Assembly: GCA_002269645.1 (NCBI GenBank)
Contig: NIVC01001492.1
Span: 1 to 64,000, forward strand
DNA: 64,000 nucleotides
Source of the DNA: Macrostomum lignano
Taxonomy: Eukaryota
Reading direction: 5' to 3'
Shown here: piece after piece, positions 55,001 through 64,000 of the stretch
Layout of the letters: each line of letters starts with the position of its first letter
Position numbering within the stretch: position 1 is the stretch's first letter
Program-made: the position numbers and the translations under genes
The notes under the pieces: model-generated
Databases searched by the model: none
What the model saw: only the letters and a program-made list of their open reading frames with translations
Told to the model about the DNA's origin: nothing

Positions 55001-57904
55001 ACCTCAACCATAGGGAGCCTTTGCCGCAGCTCGCATGGTGCCCCTGGCTGCGTCCAGCCGCGGGCCACTGAGTCGTATGCCAGTTGCCAGCAATCGCGGA
55101 TGCGCAGCCTCTAAGCTAGGAGGACGCTAGAAGCAGAGTGGAGGCTTCCATCTGTGAAGCAGGAGCGGACTGGGTCTTGTACACGGACGGCTCAGCAGCA
55201 AGAGGCTGCCTAGATGGAGGCGCAGCCTGCGTTATCACTAAAGGCGACCTGACCGCTCCCGAGATCCTGGATGTCGTGGCAGTACGTGGAGCCTCGCCCA
55301 CCTGCAGCTTTGACAAGGAAAGATGCACGCTTGGTCTAGCTATTAACTGGCTCAAAGCCCACTGTGCACCTGGCAGCGTGCTCATCTGTTCTGACAACAG
55401 GGCACTCCTGGACGCTCTTCTTAGCTCCCGCCCAAATTGACTGCTCCTGGACCTCTTTTGCGCTACTGCATCCATCACACTTCAATGGGTCCCAGCACAC
55501 TGCGGAATCATCGGCAACAAGGCAGCGGAAGCAGCTGCCAAGGCTGCTGCTGCTGACGTCACTGCCGACACCGCTGTGGCCGCCATCTCTTTCCGCAGTG
55601 CAGCGGCAGCGATTTGTTGGGTGATCAGCGACCCTCCGCTGTCCCATGCTTGCACCGCCGCTGTCTACTGCGCGCTTAACTGCCAATAGGATTGGCAGGA
55701 GTTGCTGAATTGGCAGGATGCATTGCTCCTGGCTAGACTCCGTGCTGGACATTGCAGTCTTCTTCGGGCCTATAGCAGCATTGTCAACCCGACTGCCGAC
55801 TCCATTTGCCACCGCTGCAAGGAAGGCCCGGAAGACCTCGAGCACTGGCTTAGTTGCCCGGCCCTCTGGCATCTGAGGCTTTTGATTTTCAACACGGACA
55901 GACTGGACCTCGGGGTCCTGACCACCGCCCTAGCGAGGTTGGTGGCGCTAGCGAGACACAGTCTCTGACTGTCCTCGGTGCCTTTGCCCCAACAACAACA
56001 CCAACAACAGCAGCAGCAGCAGAGTTTAAGGCTGCTGCCTTACCAGCTGCGGCAACAAAGTGCAATGTGCTACAGGTGCAACCGCAAGCATCATGCTGAT
56101 GAGTGCCTGCACCGGCGGTACACTTTGCTACACACAAACTGAGGCTACCACGTGCAGAATTTATATAGCCGAGAGCACTGCACTACTGTGCCACCACTAT
56201 CATCAGCCCGAATAAAAATTAAGCTAGCTAAAGGACAAGAAGAAAACCAGGGTACACTTGCGGTGATTGAGCCGTTAAAACCGGCTTGGTGAAAAGAAGA
56301 TGTGCAGCATCTGGATGCCACGCCTGCACTAATATCTATGGCTAATGGAGAAGGTGCTATCGAGATGATTAATCGAGGAACAACATTAATCAAAGTATGA
56401 GTGAATGCCCTAGTCGGGATTGCTAGACCAATCAGACTGCCCAAGTTACAATTCTTTCTGCTGCCTAAGCTAGAAGCCTCAGTCAATCAAGTCCAAGACA
56501 AAGATCCTAACGCTTGGATCAAGGAGATTGACATTGGCGAGGACTTGTCCAATGACTAGCACGCTCAAGTCATTGAGCTATTGAAGAAGTACAAGACCAT
56601 CTTCTCGCAGGGGCCACATGATCTTGGCCGAACCTACCTGGTCACCCACAACATCGTATTGAAGGACAAGGATCCTATACATCTGCCGACCTGGCGGATT
56701 CCGCCGCATCTACTGCCTAAGGTGGACCAGCTACTTGAGGATCTGCTTGCCAAAGACCTGATTCGACCAAGCTTCTCCAGCTATAACACCCCGCTGGTGA
56801 TCATCCCGAAGAAGGACAGCAGCCTAAGAATTGTACAAGATTTCAGGAGTCTGAACCAAAAGTGTGAGTACTTTCCATACCCGATTTCTAATATCCAAGA
56901 AGCATTCGCCAGCCTCGAAGGAAGAAAGCTATTCAGCACGTTCAACCTCAATAGCGGCTATTATTAGATTCCACTGCATCCAGAGGATCAATATCTGACT
57001 GCCTTCGTACCTGCCTGAGTACATTGCAAAGCATCAGCGCAGACTGGCCGAGACCAAGAGAATTGTGCGACAGCGATTGCGAGCCGAGATCCAATGCCGC
57101 GAAGAATACTATGAGAACCAACCCAAGCCCATGGAACTGCAGCCCAGAGACCTGGTCTGCCTGGCCAACCTAAAGCTTGAGTTTGGCGAGCTGCCGAAGT
57201 TTCACCAGCCATACAAAAGCTTGTGTGCTAGTGTATGTTTCTGTTAATTACCTTTACTATTCTTTGTGCCTAATAAAATGCCTATTACGATTCATACATG
57301 TAAATTAGCCAATTTTTAAACCATGTTATAAATCACCATGTTAAATTTGCGTGCAAACTAGAAACTAATTTTAGCATTTGTTTTACTATGCAAAATATTA
57401 TCGATAAATATTTTTGTTATAAACATAGCCGTCTAAAACAGTATATATAAGAGTGATTTTGCCAAATAAAAGTAACCTTTTCTTGCTCTCGAAATATTCG
57501 TGCACTATAATATTGGTTTGTTCTATATTCTCAGATAAACTTTGAAATCTTGTTGAGTTAGTTATTTTAAGGAAAAAGGGAGTGACAGTGCTCAGAAACT
57601 TACTAAGAGAAGGGATTGGGAAAATATTACAAAGGGAAATTCAGAGAGTTGTGCTGTGACCCTCTAATCCCGGTGAACGCCCGACTAGGACAATATAATA
57701 AGTTCATGTACCAGTACTAGACCACTCAGGCCATACATAAGACGCTACCAGACTAATACATCAGACACTACCAGACTAATACAGAAAACGCTACCAGAAA
57801 ATCCAAATGAAATTCTAAGAAACAGTTAGAAACATTAAGGCAAGATTTAGTGTCAGTAGTAGAATTAGTGAGATATTAAGAAGAAAGAGTCAGCCCCTGT
57901 AACA
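52090..57904 (+). mobile_element. Decayed, internally deleted Ty3/gypsy LTR retrotransposon(s): PBS sites, gag, RT N-terminal half (56581-57010), integrase-downstream remnant, PPT and 3-prime LTR (about 57583-57904)
   Basis: gag-like QQGKNESVDNY...LANRAF...LVDQF. RT: HNIVL..PIHLPTWRIP...LIRPSFSSYNTPLVIIPKKDSSLRIVQDFRSLN...FNLNSGYY, followed by stops. PPT AAGGAAAAAGGGAG then TG at 57583; LTR end ...TGTAACA. Outer boundaries are uncertain. Confidence 0.8.
54684..56004 (+). mobile_element. 5-prime-truncated non-LTR retrotransposon with RNase H and C-terminal CCHC (I-group-like), nested in the gypsy gag-pol region
   Basis: RT thumb TFKAMKLSVFHYVSPA*QPW...TEALHLKAG. RNase H YTDGS...ICSDN...LQWVPAHCGIIGNKAA. 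LARLRAGH...CHRC...EDLEHWLSCP. (CAA)n tail; candidate 14-bp TSD CAACAGCAGCAGCA at 54670-54683 and 56005-56018. Confidence 0.85.
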
Positions 57905-58469
57905 ATTTGGTGGCATAACGGTGGAATTTTCATAGAGAGCCAAAAGGTCTGCAACAACTTTGGTGGCAATAGTGGGATAATTGAAGGAAAAATCAGCCCT
58001 GTTACACTTGTACAAAGTTAACAGAAAGGTCGGCGAAGTAGCCTATTGGATCCAGCCAGCAACTGCCCAATGAGGACGCCCCGCCAAAATTTTGGTACAT
58101 CGCAACAACATAATTAAGGTGCCACAGATAATGGCAAATCAACTGCAGGAGCCGCCGCGCCAGACAGAGTGGCCAATGTTGCCCTGACAAAGCTCAGCCT
58201 AACCTGCGTGACAGCCATTTGTTTGAGCTGAGCCTGCGCCATCCAGAAGTGCTGCCTGAGGGCGACCCGGATCTGCCTGACATTGGCATGGAGCTTGAGA
58301 TTTAAAGGTATTTACCAATGAATTTTCTGTTGCGCCAAGTTGCTAACTTTTGATGCGCATTACTAGTAGTAGTCCAATTTGTGAACACATTCCGCTTTTA
58401 ATTTTGCTGTAAGCTTTCTCTGCACCTGCTCTGTGCTAAAAGCTGGTTTTAATTTTTCCATTTAAATTT

Positions 58470-58825
58470 CTCTTTTCCTTATGCTTTCCGAATAAAAGCA
58501 GGCGTCAATTTCAATTTCAATGTACTTTTCCTTATGCTTTCCAGATAAAAGCAGGCGTCAATTTCAATTTCAATGTATTTTCCTTATGCTTGAGGGATAA
58601 AAGCAATTTCAATTCAATGTACTTTCCTTATGCTTGAGGGATAAAAGCAATTTCAATTTCAATATACTTTCCTTATGCTTGAGGGATAAAAGCAATTTCA
58701 ACTTCAATGTACTTCCCTTATGCTTGAGGGATAAAAGCAATTTCCATTTCAATGTACTTTCCTTATGCTTGAGGGATAAAAGCAGCTGTTAATTTTGCCA
58801 TTCCTTATGCTTTCCAGCTAAAAGC
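58470..58825. repeat. About 45-bp tandem repeat (TTTCCTTATGCTTGAGGGATAAAAGCAATTTCAATTTCAATGTAC), probably in an LTR-element leader
   Basis: About 8 copies, roughly 550 bp downstream of the PBS at 57908. Confidence 0.85.
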
Positions 58826-61749
58826 AGGGTACATTCTGAACAGTTTCAGTGCTCATGTAAAGTGCACGATTTGCTATTTATCCTATGCATTTCATTAATT
58901 TAGCACTCTTGCACTCTCTATTTATCCTTAGGCTTTCTGGAAAAAGCTTGTACCAATGCGATCATATTTATTCAACACAACGATTATTTAACCCATGCAA
59001 ATTATTTAGTCAATGCGATACCATATGAAATCATTGTGTAATTGCATTCATTAGTTGAATCCCCATTTCATGTGAACTTCTTTACACGCGCTTAAAGTGC
59101 AGAAGTATCCCATTTTCACCTTATGCTTTCAGGAGAAAAGCAGCTAACTAAATTGTAAAATCTAGTTCGTTTAAACCTAAGGTCCCCCTCTCTGCTATTT
59201 TGTGAGCCCATTGTCTCGGGCATACATGTGCAACAGTTGGCCGAGTTGGCCGATCCGGCTGATTGATTTGGCGTCCAACCAATGTAAGTCGCAAAAAATG
59301 TTCACCCGAATAAATACAAAAGTAGTACTAAGTAGATGATGAGGCATTTTGCCTTGATAAGACAGTCATAGCTACTCCTGCCGTTTATCCAAAGTTGTGT
59401 TAATTTTGCTTTAGGTTTCTTTTATATGTAAGTCGCATTTTTGGCAAAAGACCACGTCGCATCTTTGTTAAAACTAAGTCACACGGCCGACTGAATTTTG
59501 GAGGTTGCACATGTATGGTCTTGGGGCCAAGCAGACTATGCCCCACTCAGGTCAAGCACCCCAGATCTAGGCCTTGTCCACAGTGGAGAGCATTCGAGGA
59601 CTTGACTGCCCCCCTGCTCTTTCTTGAATTTTGCTCAAGCCAGGGAACTCGTGAGAGCTGCCAGTTTGGCTCCTCTTTCCCCTGTGCAATTTGTTAACAC
59701 CTGTGCATTGTAACTTATGAAGCCCCACACCTGTTATACTGGTCGCTAACCTTCTATTATTCTATTATGCTATTTTAACTTTGCTATGCGATATACAGTT
59801 TGTTTAACTGCCAATCTGTTTAATGTGAGCCGTTTAAGGCGCCCCCATCTGATTCATTTGTTCTCGACCCCCGCCGTGCAGTTATCTGTTTATTACTCCT
59901 TGATTTCATGCACCCACCCCATTTTTTGCAGGCCACCATAGAGTGCATGAGGAAGCATCAACCCGCTCCCACAGTTGGTGCCTTTTCTGCCTTTTATTCA
60001 ATGGTTGGTTTTGAGCCTAACTATTTAAAGGCCACTTTCTCTTGTTTGTCATCAATTGGTTTTATTCCACAATATTATAGCTAATTCTGCTCTGTCAAGT
60101 TATCATTTTCTATTATTGTTAATCTCCGACAAGTTTTGACAAATTCAATCTGTAAAACCTGTTGGTTTGTGTCATGACCAATGGCGCCGTGCCCAGAGAC
60201 GTCGACGAGCAAGACCACGCTCACTGTGACGCCCAGCTTGGCGACCGCCCTGAACCAGGCCCCGTGGCTTGATGCGCAGTCCGCCATGACGATTCAGGCT
60301 ATCACAGCCACTGCGGATGGCATGAGTCCTGCCAGAATCTGTTTGGAAGAGGCGTTGAATGACGCCTATTTGCAGGCCACCCAAAAAAGTTGTGTGCAAT
60401 TGGACGCCCCTTGGAGGGCATTGTGTGGCCTCATGCCTCCTAAGTCCATGCTTGACATCCTAGAGCGCCTGCTAGAGTGCGCCGAGGACTGCTTGCGGCA
60501 ACAGCCTGGACACCCTCAGCCAGCTCTGGCCTTGCTGTTGGCGCTATCCTACCTGGAGGCTGGCCATCTCCAGGATGGCTGGCGGCCCCGACTTTGCGCA
60601 TTCTGGGACTCTGCCATCTTAAAAGCCCCGGAGTAGCTGCTGTACGAGGAAGGGCGCATGTATGTGCTCGGGTGGCCCCCAGCTAGCTCACCCCCAACCG
60701 CTGAACCTGCCCAGCAGCAATCGCGGGCCAAAGCCAACCGAGAGCCCGCCCACCTGCAGCACGGAGGTGGCACTTCCAGCGACGGCTGCCCGTCTGGCCG
60801 TGGAGGTTGAGTTTCAACCAGCCAAGGCCACTAATCTAAAAGCGAAAACAAGGTTTTGTTTTAACAATTTCCATTTGAGTGCGCCCCAGTGCATGTGGCA
60901 GTGGGGTTGCCACAGTTAATTAATTTTTATTTTAATAGTTATTCAAATGCATGCCAATATTTTCTTGCATGAGTGCCAACCTATGTCTATGCGGCCATCT
61001 GTAGTTCAATGACCTCACCTTTCTCTCTGTTGGCCCCAAGTATAGACCATTTGTTGAAACTTATTTTCCCAATTTCTAGCCCAATGCATTTTCATTAGTT
61101 GTTTTTAATCATTTTCTGCATGTTTTCAGTCAGTTTTTACTCAATAGCCATCCCTATTGCAGCGCATGGCTTAAGTACAACAGACGCCTACACAACCTGC
61201 GCCACGCTGTGAAATGACTTACCTGTGAAAGAAACCCTAAAGCAAAATAAACGGCAGGAGTAACTATGACTGTCTTATCAAGCCTAAATGCCTCGGCATC
61301 TAATTAGTACCGCGCTGCGCCATACTAATCGCCGCGCGCCGTGCCGCGCCGCGCCGTATTAGATCCGCGCCGGACGCCGTCCGCCAAAATTCCCATGCGC
61401 TGCAATCAGGATAGCCATTGTGTGGCCCCAGTGTTGGCAAGTTCAGGCCCCATGCCTAGAATTAATATATATGTCCTACTATAAATAAGTTGCACTCTGT
61501 TTAATTTTCTGCATACTCTTTCGCTCCCCCTCTCCCTTCTGTTTGCTCTTTTGCTCTTGTCTTCTTACTGTTAGATTAGCATATCAGTTTCTTCATTTTA
61601 AGTTTTTATTAGCGCACTGGCGGCCGTGAAATTAATTGTCAGTAGCAATTTACTTTGATCTATAAATAACCTGCTCAAGCTATTAATAATCTGTTTCAAT
61701 AATAAATATCGACAACTTAAACCTTTAACATTTATTTTGTTGACATAAG

Positions 61750-62430
61750 CCATGGCCTATCTTGAATCATTTGCCCATGGGGCATAAAATGACCAATTCT
61801 CAACTCAAAGAAAGCTCTGAGACCCTTTACATTCCATAATACATAAAACTGTGCAACTGTGGTGGCAGCTAATACGGCTAGCAAAAGAATAATTAAGAGC
61901 CCTGGGACAGATTAGATCATTTCTTATTTTTCAGAATTCTATGAGTTCTAAGAATTCTATTATTTTTATTTTGCCTAACTTTGGCAATTACTATTATTAA
62001 TTTTTTGTATTATTAAAAAATCACCATTCTGTGCTAAATCAAATTCCCGCCAAAATATTGTATACACATATATTTGTTTAAATGCACTAGTTGTTTTAAC
62101 AAAGTAATTTTGTTTTAGTGAATCAAATTAATTTGTTTTAGTAAAGTCTTTGTTTAAATGAATGTTACACTAGCCAATGGAGAGAAAGATTTGTTAGTAT
62201 TAATAAAAGACAAAAACTAAGGAACTTTCTTCAACCTTCTTTGTGGTTCTCTATTTGTAACATTTCTCTGTAACAATGCTGAAGAATTAGCATTGTTACA
62301 ACTTTAGTAGGGCCTAACAGTAATGACATCATTATAGAGGACAGAAAAATATATACTATAATAGCTGATGCCGATGGTATCAGTGTGATGTATAAATAGA
62401 GAGGAAAAAGAACTGTGACAACTTGTTGGC
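61750..62430 (+). mobile_element. Additional LTR-end/PBS fragments of the same gypsy family
   Basis: 61750-61870 is a close copy of 53198-53315; 62260-62420 resembles 52080-52240. Confidence 0.65.
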
Positions 62431-62641
62431 TTAATAGTGAGATTTCTTACCATATAGGGCCTAGGAATACCTTAGCCTACTATAACTTAAAGTATAATAT
62501 AGCTAATTAAGATAGGCTTATGCCATTAGCATTTGGCTATTGGCTAGGCCTACGCTAGGCCCTAGTCAAACTTGTGTCTAGGCCTAACTATATATACCAA
62601 TGGCAATCTTAATACTTTGTAGATCAATAATATCATATATA

Positions 62642-63339
62642 TGAGTATAACTTTGGCTGTCAACTCCTCCATCAACTTTTCCGTCAGCTTTTCCATTAAC
62701 TTTTCCATTAAATTTTCCGTTAACTTTTCTGTCAGCTTTTCTGTTAGCTTTTCCGTTAACTTTTCCGTCAACTTTTCTGTCAAATATTCTGTCAAATTTT
62801 CCGTCAACAATTTATTGTTCTCAAAAAACATATTTGACTTTCTCGAATAGGATCAATGGATCATCATGCAAATAGCTCTTTGATCATTTATTGTGTTTGC
62901 ATGCTTATATATCAATGAAAAAACAAGCCTACATTAGTAACAACATGCATCTTTTCCATTTTCCCTAGTATCAACGCTTTATTTCACAAAGATAAATCAA
63001 TGAAGAAGTGCAGATGTTGTAGTGCAGGTAGTGCAGCAAAACCAATTAAATTCTGGAACATGTCGCGCTGACTTGCGTGTGTTTTTTTTATAATTTATAC
63101 ATGTACATGTATACTCAACGAATTTAAAGCATGTATAAAAAATTGCTAAGGAAACTGCACTTATGCAAAAAATTAACACTTTCCATTCAGAGTATACAAA
63201 AAATTTGATAGAATATTTTATGGACTTGCAAATGTTGATGAAATAGTTAACGGAAAAGTGATGAGATATTTGGCAGAAAAGTAAATGGAATAGTAAACGG
63301 AAATGTTGACGGAAGAGTTGACGGCCAGAGTTATACTTG
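62642..63339. mobile_element. Mutator-like non-autonomous DNA element, about 700 bp, with 12-bp subterminal repeats (AACTTTTCCGTY)
   Basis: About 45-bp imperfect TIRs (AGTATAACTYTGGCYGTCAACTCYTCCRTCAAC...); 9-11-bp TSD TATCATATATA at 62631-62641 and 63340-63350. Confidence 0.75.
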
Positions 63340-64000
63340 TATCATATATATAGACTTTAACTTAAGGACTATTTATATTATTACATACCAAAAATATATA
63401 TATATTATTTCTATAGCCTACTCAGGCAACTTAGCAATAGACAAAAAGTTCCACCTGTTGTTGTACAACTTTTCATTTAAAATACACAGTAAAATGTGAT
63501 TGTGAATAAAAGTATCTTTGCCTTTGCTTTGCTTAGTGGGTGGAACTTTCGACTGATGACGGATGTTGTTGGGGATCAAATCTCAAAACCACCTATGCCT
63601 TGCCTACTAGTCTGGAGAGTCTAGGTGTTATCTATATATTTATAGTCGATAACATTTTAGTATAGTTAGATATTGGATAAAGAGACGAAATATTTTTATA
63701 GTTAAACCTTTGCACTTTGCTGCGCAATGCGCGATATAACTCTCTCATAGAAAATGGGATTCTACCCGTATTACGCCACACGGTAATAAGCATTTTACGG
63801 CCATGATTACGGCTCGATAAGCATCGGGAGTTTTTCGTCTTTCGTGTGTTTCGGAAAACAGGCCTGGCAGACAGACTGCCGAGCTCAAGCTCAAGGGGGT
63901 ACGGGAAGCTAGTTTAATCGTGTCTGAACGTTGTACTGACATAAGTTGATGCCTCCCCAGCATCACATACGCGAGTCTCATTTGGATTAGCGTACTGGAG

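Noticed and set aside
52774-63570. CTGATGA cores as possible hammerhead ribozymes (also 19988, 22016)
   Set aside because: No GAAA core with three closing stems at suitable spacing could be built by eye.

Overview
Eukaryotic (metazoan) genomic DNA with GT-AG spliceosomal introns. The gene set and the minisatellite-stuffed introns suggest a free-living flatworm such as Macrostomum; this is inference, not tested. Five protein-coding loci were reconstructed by hand. (1) A frame-broken Ig-like type I membrane protein (83-2636, -). (2) A short RPGRIP1L/fantom-like exon (3222-3473, -). (3) An 8-exon, about 1033 aa Na+/K+-ATPase alpha-type (P2C) pump (5801-15947, -) with an unusual Lys at the ion-binding Asn776 position. 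(4) A 5-exon, about 995 aa PDZ-C2-RhoGAP Syd-1/RhoGAP100F orthologue (28635-45065, +). (5) A 3-exon Oxa1/YidC-family insertase apparently lacking the C-terminal tail (48953-51035, -). Roughly a quarter of the window (about 16.5 kb, hand-summed) is tandem repeat, mostly intronic, many with 20-23 bp units. Also present: two hAT-type MITEs (one expanded into a minisatellite), a Mutator-like MITE, a triplicated tRNA-derived head, a compact highly structured GC-rich element upstream of the ATPase, and a nest of decayed Ty3/gypsy elements containing an RNase H-bearing LINE fragment. There is no CRISPR array, rRNA or intact tRNA. I found no clearly new multi-gene system; the best leads are listed as findings.
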